A stretch of DNA of 63,550 nucleotides, the filler included, from Neolecta irregularis DAH-3 (taxonomy: Eukaryota): the NCBI GenBank assembly GCA_001929475.1. It is 11 parts of 11 records of this genome, joined end to end, with 100 filler letters (N's around TTAATTAATTAA, not from the genome) between each part and the next. Parts side by side here need not be neighbours in the genome. Positions count along the whole stretch, not along the records: positions 23,963 to 25,392 come from LXFE01000529.1; positions 25,493 to 26,565 come from LXFE01000530.1; positions 26,666 to 43,314 come from LXFE01000532.1; 8 more parts are not named here. One strand, written 5' to 3'. Position numbers and translations under genes: made by a program. This document shows positions 24,133 through 37,381 of this stretch, piece after piece (positions within the stretch are counted from its first letter, which is position 1; each line of letters starts with the position of its first letter). The notes under the pieces are model-generated. The model was not told the origin of the DNA and did no database searches. It worked only from the letters and a program-made list of their open reading frames with translations.

Positions 24133-24518
24133 CAGTGTGTCCAGCGGGCGGGCGGCTATATATTTCTCTGGCGGGCGACCGGGCAGCTAAACGCCGCCGT
24201 CTGATGCAGGAATTGCCCATTTACAGTCGGACAACATTTTTTGGTTCAGACTTGAACGTTTGCAATCCGGCATTCACTAAATAACAAAAGTTGCTAATAA
24301 AAATTGATTCTATCTGGCCATTCTTCAGTTGCTATTATTCTCCTCCTGGAAGGCCTTTAATTAACCCAATGTTTAGAGTAGAGTAACATAATAGAATAAT
24401 AGAATTAGAAATGTAGTAAGCATATATGCTTATACTTGACACCAGTTTGAAACAGCATACTATACTTATTCCTATGTTCCTTCTATCCGACCCGCCCATG
24501 CCCGCGTTGGACACACTG
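24133..24518. mobile_element. Non-autonomous TIR element (MITE, hAT-like)
   Basis: Perfect 11-bp TIRs CAGTGTGTCCA (24133-24143) and TGGACACACTG (24508-24518), extended by imperfect GCGGGC motifs. The interior is AT-rich and non-coding. No clear TSD. Confidence 0.6.
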
Positions 24519-24712
24519 TTAGAAATACGTTGTTGCCGAGCTGAGATTGGTATTTTATAACACAAATAAAGCGCGCATAAATAGAGACCACATCGATTTC
24601 GATATTACTAGACCCCTCCTCAAGCTGAAAAGATTTACAAATTAGAAATTAGAAACAAGAGTATGCAATAGAGATGTGACAGCGAGAGGAGTAGAGAGTA
24701 GAGGCTGAAACA

Positions 24713-24910
24713 TGTAGATTGTAGCTCAAGCTTTATAGGGGTTTTATAGTTGTAGTTGCTGTAATAGATTGGGAGTATATTGGTGAGCGCGGTGGTATTG
24801 GGATTCCGGATCCTTGGGGATCTGACTACAGGAGAGAGTAATACGATTGGCTGTCTAACAAGAGGGGGAATGGGCCTCCTTTTATAGCCATTGCTGGCAA
24901 GACGGCCCTA
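24713..24910 (-). mobile_element. Second copy of the solo-LTR-like repeat
   Basis: The reverse complement shows GCTATAAA, AGCCAAT.GTATTAC, the 23-mer (24779-24801) and CTATAAA..AGCTACA in the same order as 19728-19888. Confidence 0.5.
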
Positions 24911-25635
24911 CAGCCTGCGTGTCCATCAATCAATCGGATTGTCAATCGGGGATTGATTGATTGATTATGTGTTAATTTTGCCGCCTTGCACACCTCTACC
25001 GCCCTACATGCCCGCCCCATGCTCCAGTCTAGCGCGCCTCTTTGGCCCACCTGCCTTGCCCACCCACCTGTCAGTTCCCTTCTTGCCAATATTATAGATA
25101 GAAAGAATTATATACATAATATAGCAATTTATTCTAGCTTTTTAACATATTCCTGCCTTGCCCATCTCTGCTCTGCAAGCCACCACCCAAATTGTTTGTC
25201 ACATGTTATCCCGACCTGGCCCAGGGCCAGTCCATGAAAAAGCCCATGATATTTCATTGTATATATACCTAAAAGATTTCAAGTTTCCCGTATCATCCGA
25301 TCTTGTAAAATCTCGTCTACATTTCATTCTTGTTTCTTGTCTTCAACCTGCTATTTGACAAGAGGGTGAGTGGATCGAGTGAGGGTGAGTGGNNNNNNNN
25401 NNNNNNNNNNNNNNNNNNNNNNNNNNNNNNNNNNNNTTAATTAATTAANNNNNNNNNNNNNNNNNNNNNNNNNNNNNNNNNNNNNNNNNNNNCCTAAGTG
25501 ACTGAACTTGGCTAGGTAATGAACGCCTATCTACGTTATATAATACAAATTAAATTGCCGCAATATTATTGCAAGCCTTCTTTGCGTAATGGTAAGCTCT
25601 ACCCGAGGGTATATGCTTACAAACTATCTGAATAG

Positions 25636-25864
25636 AACCAGTTATTTATACCGGTCGTCGGTAATTTCTATTGGGTACTATCCTCTAGCACGATTCGGCA
25701 GAATGGCAGCATTGATGGGTTCATTTCTCGTCAGTGCTCTTTTCCATGGCCATGCATTTTTTCCCTTTTTCGGATGGGCCGGTATCTGGAAATATATCGT
25801 TTTCTTCGAAATCCATGCATTATATATATGTTTCGCACAGGTAGGAGTAAATCGGCTCTCCTAA
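25636..25864 (+). CDS. C-terminal fragment of MBOAT-family (wax synthase-like) acyltransferase
   Basis: GSFLVSALFH resembles the MBOAT catalytic-His motif F..S.L.H in a hydrophobic context. The gene is partial at the contig start. Confidence 0.55.
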
Positions 25865-26349
25865 CTTCATTGATCAATCATTAACCCCTGTATGTTTGTA
25901 TATCAGAGTTTCAAAAAATGCAATAGAAATGAATGATTTACTATGAAAAAACCTTCGATATTGTGATATTAGAACTCCAGGAGTAACTTTTTTGGGTGAG
26001 TCAATAGATCTTACGTTTGGCAAAGAGGATATTCCTCGTCCTGGATAAATGATAACCTGAATAGGCGTAATAAATACAAACATAGGCACACGAGACTTAA
26101 CAATAATCATTTTGAGCTAAAATAAAACATGTTTTATGTATAACATAGTGGCTGTAATTTCCGCCCATGATTTATCTGATGAAAAAAAGATGGAGTTGGG
26201 CTATCTAAGCTAAGATTGTTGGTAGTGTTCAAAACAGAGAATATATCAAAACCTCTTGGATAGTCAACAATATCATTGACCAGAGCAGAAATATTTCTGT
26301 GAGCTTGCTAAGTTCTTTTAATCGAAATATATTCAAGAGTACTAGATTA

Positions 26350-26545
26350 TAGACATCATCACAGGAAAGGAAACTTCAATTAGATACCTACCAGTAACAT
26401 CCCATTCAGCAAAGTGAACAAAGACATAATTAAATTGAATTATCAAAACCGTTTGAACGTGCTTACGATTGTCAGTTATTCTAGACATCATCACAGGAAA
26501 GGAAACTTCAATTACATCAAGCTAGATACCTACCAGTAACATCCC
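26350..26545 (+). repeat. Imperfect direct duplication (about 75 bp unit, 132-bp spacing) at contig end
   Basis: TAGACATCATCACAGGAAAGGAAACTTCAATT..TAGATACCTACCAGTAACATCCCATTCAGC at 26350 and 26482. Confidence 0.85.
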
Positions 26546-26645
26546 ATTCAGCAGTGAACAAAGACNNNNNNNNNNNNNNNNNNNNNNNNNNNNNNNNNNN
26601 NNNNNNNNNTTAATTAATTAANNNNNNNNNNNNNNNNNNNNNNNN

Positions 26646-26826
26646 NNNNNNNNNNNNNNNNNNNNGATATAGATGGTAGAATCAAGTTATTTTTCTCTCT
26701 GATTCATTTGGTTTGGATTTGCTTGGATCTTTATTTTCTATTTGGCTATCTCCATACAACGAATCCTCGTTATAACGAACTGAAAACGCTGCCAAGCCAC
26801 ATTCGTTATATCCAGGTTTGACTGTA
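26646..26826. mobile_element. End of a Tc1/mariner (pogo/Tigger-like) element
   Basis: TCGTTATATCCAGGTTTGACTG followed by TA (reverse complement TA-CAGTCAAACCTGGATATAACGA). A subterminal CTCGTTATAACGA lies at 26766. Confidence 0.55.
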
Positions 26827-27145
26827 CCCTTTTCTTGAAATCTTTTTTGGTGGAATCTCCCCTATCCACCCCCACCCCCCCAAAAAAAAGAAAAATTTAA
26901 ATAATACCAGGTGTTCAAATTTGACGAATTGGTCAATTCCATGAAATTTGGTGCCTGCCCAAGGCGACCTAGAATTCTTTTTTCGCCATTGGACAATGAA
27001 GACAAGATGCATTTGAAATCCCGAAATTAAAATTTTACAGCACACTAAAAATGTACAGATAAAAATGCATTGTCAATCAAAAATCCCATTTACAAGGTGT
27101 GTGATAGTGAGAAGAGAAGATCCGTTTTTAATGTTTATCCACAAG

Positions 27146-28726
27146 TCAATTTTCTTTAGTAGATTGGGAAGTGTTAGCAGGCTTGGAGAAACCTAAAACT
27201 AGTAAGAACTCGAATAAAGAAGTTTTATTACCTCCACTCACCATTCCAATGATGGAAGTCGACATCTGAGAAAGTTGTTCCTGTTCCCGTCTTTTCTCTT
27301 CAGCAAGAATTTCTTCACCATGTTCCTCAATCTGCTTTTGAAATTCGACATAGGCTCGCTGCCATTGCTCCCGCGCACGATCTGTGGCAAGTTTAGGAAC
27401 CTCTTTCTGATAAATCAGACGCGAGAACGTATTTTAAGCAAATACCCTTTTCCCAATAAGAGCGCCACTCCATCTGCCGTGTTTCTGACGGTCATTGAGT
27501 AATTGTTCCTTGAGACGAGCTTCACGAATTGCATATTCAGTAGCAATATCTTTTCCCTCGTAGCTCTTGAGCAGAGGTCTGACATCCGGAACACTTGTCG
27601 CAGCGATATCTACATGTCAGTCTCAAGGAAGGTAGAGCTCCCTACATTCGAAGAAAGGTATCATTCTGACAAGTTCCCGGTCATTTGGATCACCATTCCA
27701 TGTTTTTATTGGAGCTGCGTTCTCGGGCTGAAGAGACCATGAAACGGGATTAACGTCAACCAGGATGACTTTGCTGAGATCACGGTTGAGATGGGATAAA
27801 TCCTGCTCATAAGATTTCTATGAATCGCTACCGAAAATACTTTTATCACGTTCCCATCTTCAAATCGAGAATGTTCGCGGAAAAGTGAAGCGGACACACA
27901 ACTTCGGTAGGGATCGAGCTTTGTGACAATAGGAGCAGCAGTCTATCAATAAGATATGGCTGTTCGAAAAGATCTATACTGTGGAGTACTGTCTTGTAAA
28001 GATAACAATTTCGTATGCTTGTGCAAGGTAATTGAGGAAATAGTCGAGACCAGGCCGTTTAGCCGTTCGCCATCCATACTCTCGTGACCATTCTGAATGG
28101 ATAAGAGTATCATCTAATTCGAGCACGAGGGTATATGGACGTTGATATGGTTCCGGTAGCGGATCGTGTAAAAGTTTTTCAAACACTGGCTTTTTGTATT
28201 CCTGGAGGTTACACTCCAAGTTGAAATATGAATAGATACGTCGAAATTATCGTCTAGCCGAGCCTTTGCCCGTTCCCAATATCCCAAGATCGAATTACCA
28301 TTGGGCGCCTAAAAATTCAAGTTTGACCAATTTGAAATTAAAAAATACCCTCTCGGCCCGCCCCTCATTCAAGGGATTGTTCCATTCCCGTCCGAGGTAG
28401 AGAAATGTAGATAGAGCAGCAAATGCACTCCCTCCAATGATCCACCGACCTGCAGAGTTGCGTTTCTTGTCTGCAGAAGTCTCAAAAGCATGTCTAAACT
28501 CGGTATTTGCAGCACGCCCAGGGGTCTTATGGGGTTGTGAATGTTCAGGAGACTCTGGAGGGGATTTGATAGGATCTCTTGCAAGTGCATTGTCCAGCAG
28601 CGAAGACGTTACGGACCTCTGGTCATGTTGTTTTGGAGGCTCAGAGGAGTAGTAACGAGTAGAGAAAAAATAATTTGGAGATTTCCTGATAGCAGCAATA
28701 CATCTCCGGGATAAAAAGGCGGCCAT
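27146..28726 (-). CDS. TIM50: Mitochondrial inner-membrane translocase subunit Tim50, multi-exon
   Basis: Presequence-like N-terminus, a TM segment (LYLGREW), and an FCP1-like domain [45 protein letters not shown]. The 3' end is approximate. Confidence 0.92.
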
Positions 28727-29149
28727 TATGGAGGAGGGGAATTTTTTGTCTACTCGGTTTTGAAGTTGATTCACGTGCGTTTGGATTGACCTTATCACGT
28801 GGTTGATTGTATATAAACACTATTTTCACTTTGCTCCAACTTCAAAGTTGATACTCCACCCCAATTATGCGGCCAAACGAAAGTCTTTAGATTTTTTTAT
28901 GGATGGCTACTTAAATACGGTGGGTAGAACATCGCCATTTCCCCAAGATCGACGGCAGTTTCAGTCTGCTGAAGCGGCCCGTAGGAATGCAACATCCTGT
29001 CCTAGTCATGCAATGTTTGCCAATAATTTGTCTGTACTGCTTCTTGCCTGTTTTGTTCTCCCAGTTGTAACTAAGCATTTTTTACACTGTTCTGTTATAT
29101 TTCACCATGCCTGTGTCTATTCAGCCAGCAAAAAGTGTCTGAGAAGTTA

Positions 29150-30083
29150 GATTCATGTCCAGAACAGAAAAGTTTTTCTCAACCACACTAACAGCACTGT
29201 CGAAATCCTACTGTATGGTGCTACTATAATATCGCGGAAAGTCCAGGGCAAAGAACTGCTCTTAACGAGTATATATCTATTAAACCTCCAGTCTGACATT
29301 CGAGAAAAGCCCACCTAGATGGTTCGAAAGCTGTCCGTGGAGGAATCCCACTTGTGTTTCCGGTTGCTATCTTTATCCAACAATTCACTACCTTCGGATC
29401 TTTGGAAAAGATAATGTCGGTCCCGCAAAGGATCTTCCACAGCATGGTTCTCTTATTTCAAACTGGAAACTTGAATCCTAGTCCAGACAAGATGACGGAG
29501 ATCACTTGACAGTCAAATTCGGACTTTGCTAAGACGATATTTCCGATATATACAAAACAATGTTCCCAGCAAAGTTTCGAATGGTGTATAATTAGGACAA
29601 GTCAATGACAGTTAGGATATTTCAAGAGTGTCTATTGAAGGACTAAAGTGCACCAGTTATTTTGACAAAGTTCAGAACGGACAAGTATTATCTACCTCAG
29701 AGTCCCATCCAGCTAATCCCTACAGGTGTGTACTGAACTCAGCGACGACATGGCTATCTCTGGTGAATCTGACAGACTCTATGCCCAGATTGACCTATCG
29801 AAACATACAATCGCAAAGTGCAATAACAAGTTACAATTCGTTGTCACCCACAATCATATGCGAGATATCGGTATATAATGAAGCTTTCATACTTCTGACT
29901 AATTTCGTCGTTTGGAATCCTTGGCATGACGTTAGCTCCAATATATCTGACTTTGGTCCATCTTGTGGATATAAGAACATGATATGCATAGAGGCGGGTA
30001 TCGTCTCTGCAACAATTCCTCTTCTCCTTGGAACCCTGGAACTGCGTGGGCCGGTAGTCAGACACTCTAAAATCTATAAATAA
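29150..30083 (+). pseudogene. Glucose-6-phosphate 1-epimerase (YMR099C-like aldose epimerase family) pseudogene
   Basis: Motifs VEILLYGATII, LDGSKAVRGGIPLVFP, LPQHG, VVWNPW and DFG..GYKNMICIEAG are present. There are in-frame TAG/TAA after WKLES, the acceptor before IFGK is GG instead of AG, and QHGFAR has become QHGSLI. Confidence 0.75.
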
Positions 30084-30132
30084 AATAAGGTTATTGAAAT
30101 CCCTCATCACTGTATGTTATACATTTTATTAT

Positions 30133-33100
30133 TCAAAGAACCGACTGCATTTGGTCCAACAACGCCGAATCGATTTTACTATAATATTTATGCCGGAAGA
30201 TCTCGCTTCCTCCGTTTTCCTGCTCGCATCGCGAGAGATTTTCTCGAATAAACTGGAGAAGATGGGTACTATGGACGGGATCACTTCTAAACAACTCTCT
30301 TCTCCTCTTCGCTTCAGGACTCTCTTCTTCAACAAAGGCTGTATCATCTGGATCTTGCCAGTATATCAATGCACTAAAGTTCAGAAAAGTCTACTGGAAA
30401 GAGGAGTTACTCCCCACCGTTGTTCTCTTTCACTTCGCTCAATGCATCATACCATACATTCATGAATGACCCAAGAGAGTTAAGGACGTCTTCCCGATTC
30501 GTTCTCAAAATCATTGCAAGTCCCATTGCGTTTAGCTTCCGATGTTTTGGGTGGCCAATATTATCGTACTGTCAGAGTGAGCCGTTGAAACTGTACTGTT
30601 CGTACTCTATGTGTCCACCTATCAATTACAGCAGGAACGACATCTTGTCCTCCGAGTTCCTGTCCAACCAATCCGAAATAACGGATAAGAATGTTTGGAT
30701 CGGCCATAGCAATTCTCGAAAACAACGAAAGATAATTCGTGATAACAATTGCTATTTCCTGCGTATGAGTATTATAGGACTAAAACAGAATACCTGGTCC
30801 ACAAGGACGGATTTGACGATTTTTATTATAAGACCGGAAGATGCTAAACCTTCGGCCCAGGAGGAAGATGGGCAAGTTTGAAGAATTATGTCGACTAGAC
30901 GCAGTACAAGTTGAGCTGCTGATGGTTTTAGCTCGCCGACAAGTTCGAACAGACTCCGAAACAATAAATGAGAGTAGTTCTGTATGTTAGATATGATAAT
31001 TAACCTCCATACATCCAGCATTTCTTCCGGAACGAGCATGAAGTAACTTTCAACAATGTCAAGGTACTTCTTCAGTGTGTCTGAACCATACTGAAGGCCA
31101 TGGATTGCCGCCGATACTAATGAGAATAGATCCGGTGTCATAGCACTAAGATTTGTTATCGTTGCTTGCCAAAGTTCAAGGGCATCTTCGAGAAGATAAA
31201 CGTGCTCTGGCTGTCAAGATCAGCAACATATCGATTGGCAAAAGTTATGCCTGATTGTGATCGACACTATGCTGAACAAGAGGGAAGATAATGGGGTGTA
31301 ATAACACTGATTCCTCCTTTAGGGCCTACACTTTTAGCTTGAGCAAATGCAATAAATGAATACCCAGACAAGTTTTGTAAGCATCACCAAAATTGCAGAT
31401 TTGATCAAATGTTGTTCAAAACTTTGCTGCCACAAGGGGGGCAGCAAATCAACGATCCGTTGCGAGAATGGTTTAATATTTAATTCCATCCGCTCAACAA
31501 CTACACCCAATACATTTAGTATTTTGAGGCGAATTTCGATATGCTCAACTTCATCCATCATCATAATCAAAGAATCCAAAAAGTATTCCATGAATGGTAA
31601 GAATTTGTCCGCTTCGAAATCCCATTCGTCAACCGATGCCCGAAGACAATCAACAGCTGTCAAGCGAACAACGATATCATTCACAGGATCTTGCTTGTTC
31701 ATGAGATGTTGAATAGTGGTATAAATCATGGGCCTCATTTCCTTTGAACATTTCACGCAAACCCACGAACCGATTATTCTTGCGATTTGACGACGAAGGA
31801 CCTTATAACTGAAAATCAGCCGAAATTTATAATGATCGCCACCTTGGATTTGCTACTTGGACCTCGTTCATCAAACGTTGTGTTAGCCAATGGTCGAAAT
31901 CAATAGCTTCGTAAAGGCTACTTGAAGCCAAAGCAAAGGCGTTGTAAATTGCGTCTTTCATTAATAGCGTTCTCGAATCTTGAGGTGCTGGATAGTGAGA
32001 AGAGTAGGTAGTACCATTCTTACTTGCTGTGGCTTCGAGTACTGCGAGTAAGGGTGTTATCAGTGTTTCCTTGAAGTTACACATCAAGTCTGAAAATAGT
32101 TTTTCAGAGCATGGCTTTCTGTCAGTGGATAAACCAAATACAATATTTACGCGCAGCTGATGTTCCCAAGATGCTTGCTCCTCATCGAGAATGAAGGCTT
32201 CTGGATCTTCTTCCCAAGCTTCAAAGTCTGCTTTTCTCATAATGAAATATTTCGTAACCAGCGTTTCAACTATTCTATGAAGCATCTCAGTCGTGAATAA
32301 TTCATCCTTCAAGAGCTGAGAGGCTTGGCGGATCTCTGCTTTCTCGTCTTTCTCCCGAACTGTAAAGGTCAGTCGAGAGGAACAGTATATTACGTACAAT
32401 TAAGACTAGAAGACGATGGATTGGACAGGGTTTTGAGAGCAAGCTTCACTAGAAGCATTCCTTGAACTATGACCTTTTCCAAAAAGCGTTGGTCATCCTT
32501 ATCTTTTATGGCATCAAAAGAGTCTGACTGTAGTTCGACAAAATGCCAGTAGCTCTTGATTAGTGGTATTGCATCCGGCATTAAAACAAAAGCAGCAGAG
32601 TGGTTTTGGAAAAAGTCTGTGAAGAGCTTTCCAATCACAACTATGTGTTTTCGGATAGCTGGTTTCACTTCTTGGTGGGGTGATTGATAGTCTATTTTTT
32701 AGTAAAGTAGTACTCATAGAACGTACATAGTGGCAGCAATGTAGATAAATGCAGACACAGCAATTGAAAAAAGTCTCTAACTTCCTGGTTTCGATTGGCG
32801 CATTCAAAACCGTGGACGAGAACTCTACGACATGATTTTAATGCTAATAAACTATTGTCCATCGCAAAAGCTTTGTAGCTCTGCGGGATATTTGACATCC
32901 ATTGTTGTGTCCGCAGAGTATATAAGTCTCGTAGAAAATGGAATAATTCGGGAGCGATCTGTTGGAGATTTTGACGAGCTTTAATCAATCTGCTTGAACA
33001 AAGAGCTTTTATAGTTTGGTGCAATGCTAATAAACCATTTCTGAGCCGAGACTGAGATATTTGATCTTGCGATTTCGATGCGTTTCGAATGAAGTCGAGA

Positions 33101-33608
33101 AGTTGTGGAAATACCGTAGGCCTTGAATTTATTAGAAGGGAAGAAATAATAACACACCAATCCAAAGGATAGTCCAGTCGAACTGCTCTGGCCATAACCA
33201 TCGCATTCTGAGCAGCTAGTTGACGAGATGGTTCCTCAAGTGCAGTGAACATTCGACTTCGAATACGTTCTTTCTCTGTTGCCGGGATTCCGCTGTTCAT
33301 CAGGGCCATGTTCCATGATAAAGCATACTTTCTTGCGGTTCTTCTCCAATACTTGTCGATCCCATTTTTGAGCAAGATTATACTCAACCATTTCATTTCA
33401 TATGGCAACGACGGGTCCAAGAAAACGAGCTATATTTCCGATTACACCATTTTTTGAACACCGGAAAACACACCTGTAAGGACTCAAAAAAACCATGCTG
33501 TATCTCCCATTCTTTCAAAGACCCTTCAGCAGACTTCACGAGCGTTGGATCTTGGGAAGAAGCATTTGTTAGGGCTTGGATAAGTTCTTGTGGTACTGCG
33601 GCAGCCAT
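30133..33608 (-). CDS. KAP120: Importin-beta family karyopherin Kap120/importin-11, multi-exon
   Basis: IBN_N region AEGSLKEWE..IILLKNGIDKYWRR, ARAVRLDYPLDW, EAWEEDPEAF, KDAIYNAFAL and LRRQIARIIGSWV. Confidence 0.88.
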
Positions 33609-33722
33609 TTCGAAGATTTGTTTTCGAAGGCGAGAAACAGCAACGATTTGTGTATATGACTGTGTTTTATAAAATGGTTGAAGTTTTGGATAATTGTAAT
33701 AATAAGATCTGAGCTCCGCCAA

Positions 33723-34906
33723 ATGACTTCACCCTCCCCGGTATCATTAAGGACGTGGCTTCAAAGCGCTCAGATTCCAAAATTTGCAGATAAAGGAACA
33801 CTTCAGGACATTATTGGACAAAAAAGAAAATCTTCAATATATCCTCTTAAAGTGGGGCAATTGGACGCCGAACTTCTCGACGAAGAATTATTACAATTAT
33901 TAAAGGGACAGCTGTGGGATGCATTGAAATTCTTCCGGGCATCTTTTTCCTCCGAGATTATTGTTGACAAAAGAGGCTTCAACTGTGGGACGCTACGAGA
34001 CGGAGTTGGCTATCTTACTCCGGATTCTGTTATTTAAATTCTCTATATGGGATCGGGGAACAACATATGGAGCAATGCTACAAAATCTGCGGTTTCAAAG
34101 CGAGAGAGACAATGGCAAGAATTCCCTTTTGGTGCTACAGCTTATTCATTAGGTCTACTGGATCGAAAACCAAGCATACGACAAAAATTGCTATATGGCC
34201 TAGCAACAATTGGTATCCGTTATGTTTGGACAAAAGTCGGATATTATGTGACTGAGAATTCATGGGGAGAACGCACTGTACAAAATTACTCTTGTTGAAT
34301 TCTTGACTTATCGTCGAGTCTGGTACTAAGAAGAAACTTTGGATTCTTTTACAATACGTTGATACAGCACACGAAACATTCTCGTTGGTCAACTTTCTCC
34401 TTTTCCTCTACAATGGACATTACCGAACTATTATCGACCGTTTGTTAGGCTTACGTTTAGTCCCTCTTGCCGGAAATTCGAATCGGCAAGTATCTTTTGA
34501 ATTCCTGAATCGTCAATTAGTGTGGCACACCCTGACCGAATTTCTACTTTTCATTCTTCCATTGTTAAAATTGCCTCGTCTTAAACGACAACTTGAAAAG
34601 CGGTTCATTCCCACGGCAAACGAAAAGGGCCTATTGGCCTTTCTACCGCAACGGACTTGTGCGATTTGTTTTCAAGAGCAAAGTGCTGGAGGTATATCTA
34701 CGACAATAGTCAACGCATATCAAGCAGATGATTGCGGCCATCTTTACTGCTATGGGTGCATCGTGGCGAGATTAAAGCTTGCAGAAGGTGATGGATGGCC
34801 TTGTCTTCGTTGTGGAATCACTATCAAAGAAGCGCATAGGTGGATTGAGATTGTTGAAACTCCACCTTCCGATCAGGAATCAGATAGCGAGAAATCCACA
34901 GGGTGA
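33723..34906 (+). CDS. PEX2: Peroxisomal RING peroxin Pex2, multi-exon
   Basis: KVGQLDAELLDEEL, TYGAMLQNL, RQVSFEFLNRQLVWHTLTEFLLF and RING CAIC..CGHLYCYGC..CLRC. Confidence 0.92.
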
Positions 34907-34933
34907 TATGTTATACGCTTAAAAAAGTATACG

Positions 34934-37295
34934 CTAATGACTTGCTTTCATACCAAGTTCACCTTTCTCTGCCTTCCCGGCTATTTCAGGGTTTATTTTT
35001 TTCAATTCTCGATATTCCGGTTTGAATTGTTGAGCATGGACCCATTCAAGTAATTTGTTCTCATTTGGGACTTTTGCTGTCGCACATCCTTCCTCAACAG
35101 CTTTACTAATCACAGCAACCGCAATATAAGTAGAGACATGTCTGATATCTTTTATATCAGGAAGAAGTGCTTGATCAGGATCGTTGAGCGCTGGTGAAAG
35201 CTGTGCTAGTGCCTTTGCTGCAGCATCGATCAAGGATTGCGGTAATCGTGATGTTCTGCTGAGGACCTGATAGTCAGTATTATATTTGATATCCTTTCAG
35301 TCATATACCGCACCAAGACCAATACCCTAATAATCAGTGAATTAATCCTTGGGAACTCACGGGGAAAACTAAAGCATTATTTGCCTGTGAAATGTCGTAT
35401 GTCTTGCCGTTGTACTCGGCTGGCGGGAATGGTGAACCTTGTCGATGAGCATTATCGAGAGGTTTAGAACAAACCGGCAGCTATTAGAGCCTTTCCTTTT
35501 GACCATGTTTTTAAATCCTGCGGTTGCGCTTCGTGAAGGCTAGTAGGGTTTGATAAAGGGAAGATAATCCTGAAGATAAGTATATGATAGTACCGACTAC
35601 CTCACGGTCTTTCAACATTCCTGGCCATTTCTTCTACAATCTACAAAGTTAATGTGACAACAATGAGAATTAAACACCTCTTTCGTGAATGCCCCTGGCT
35701 TAGTACTGCACCCGATAAGAATTGTTGGTTTGACCTTTTTGACCACATCAAGCAGTGATATTTCTCCTTTCATCTCTTTCCATTCTTCATCTGGTCGAGC
35801 ATATGGTTTTTGCCCCTCCGTCAACTTGTCCCTACGAGATTTAAGAAGAAGCCCTGGCTTATCGATAAGCCTGGCGAATTAGGCCTAAATCGCGAAAAGG
35901 CAAGCGAACCAAAATAAACTTCTTGCATCTTCTTCTGATTTTCCATCTTCAGTCATTGAATAATGGAGATGGTCAGCGATTCCAGTTCCTGCGGTACCTG
36001 GATGTAAGTCGAGCCCAGTTTTATTCGATACCTGCTCCAAAGATAACGATCCTCTGGTCCGTCAATTTGCTTTTCGTAACCCACACTGCAGCAGTGATCG
36101 CTGCTTGGGTGACAGCACCAGTTCCTGTTATCAGCCCAAAGGTTGACCCCCAAAACACCTTGAAGATCATCTATTGAGATTGGTACAATTTACTCCAATG
36201 GGGGTATACCATTAAAGCATGGAAGTTTTGTTCGATAATTTGCTAGTAACCGTCTTCCATTGTTTAACCCGAAATCTTCAAAGTGAAGCACAGCTCGCGG
36301 AAATAACTTTTTGACAGCATTAACAAAAGTGTCTATGAACAAGTCATATCTCTCCCCTTCAACTCGGGTTCGGCGGAGACCAAGATATAGATCATCTTTG
36401 AGTAGATCCTCATTCTAAAAAAGTAAGCAAATATACTCAAGCGTAATCTACATTTGTTCCGACGTCTAGTACAACAGGGATTGTTCGATTTGGATGCAAG
36501 CCAGCACATAATGTCTTGAACAATCAAACGGGTTTCAGGATATCTTACCATCAGGACAAGCTTTGCAATGCTTATGCCAATTCCTCCTACACCCTGATCT
36601 CCGATTCCCAGGATCATTTAATTCAGTGAACGAATCGAATGCTGATACCTCTTCGCTATCTGTCACAATTATGTAATCGATGTCGTCTCTATCTCCCCAT
36701 GCTCTCAATTCATCTTCAACCTTTTCAGGCTCATCAATGTTGAGGAAACAGCCTTATGGTGAGAAGAACAGTAGATGTTTAATCCTACCTTCCGGTCTTC
36801 GAAATTGTCGACTGTAGTGTTGTATTGCTTCGCCTTCTGTTGGTGTATATATTATAGGCATCATTTCCTTGAGATGATCATATAACAAACGGTAAAACAG
36901 AACCTGTGATATCAATGAGACACTTATACGAAACACAACTTCATTCTGATCATGCATGCTCAGCAGAAAACTGTTCTTCAACAACGGGGTCGGTATAGAC
37001 TGAAACTGCTCATACGCGCGTTTGGATTGCGTATCCAAGGTAGAAACGCCGGCTGGGAGAAGACCTTCAAGTTTGAATATTCTGCGTTCATCATGACTAA
37101 AGGCCGTGCCTTTGTTGAAGAATGGAGAATTGAGCAGAGCTTTGCCCTTGTCTATTTAGAACTTTGATGAATATTGAATGAAACCTCCAATGCGCATAGT
37201 AGCGGTCCTCTGCTATAAAGGATAGAAGCTGCAATTGCTTCCATTCGTAGACCTCTCTAAACTGGTCTACGCAGCGTAGTAGTCAATGACACCAT
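34934..37295 (-). CDS. MAE1: Malic enzyme (NAD(P)-dependent malate dehydrogenase, decarboxylating), many exons
   Basis: [54 protein letters not shown] and IFPLSNPT. The start codon is uncertain. Confidence 0.9.
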
Positions 37296-37381
37296 ACACG
37301 TGATATAGTTTCTCTTAGAGTAGTTATCAAAGAAAATTCAATCATTGTAGAGGAATAAAACAGTGTATGAGACTGAATAAT

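Noticed and set aside
23963-24284. ORFs containing CPTC (possible zinc finger or transposase)
   Set aside because: Short, straddle the MITE boundary, and have no supporting transposase motifs.
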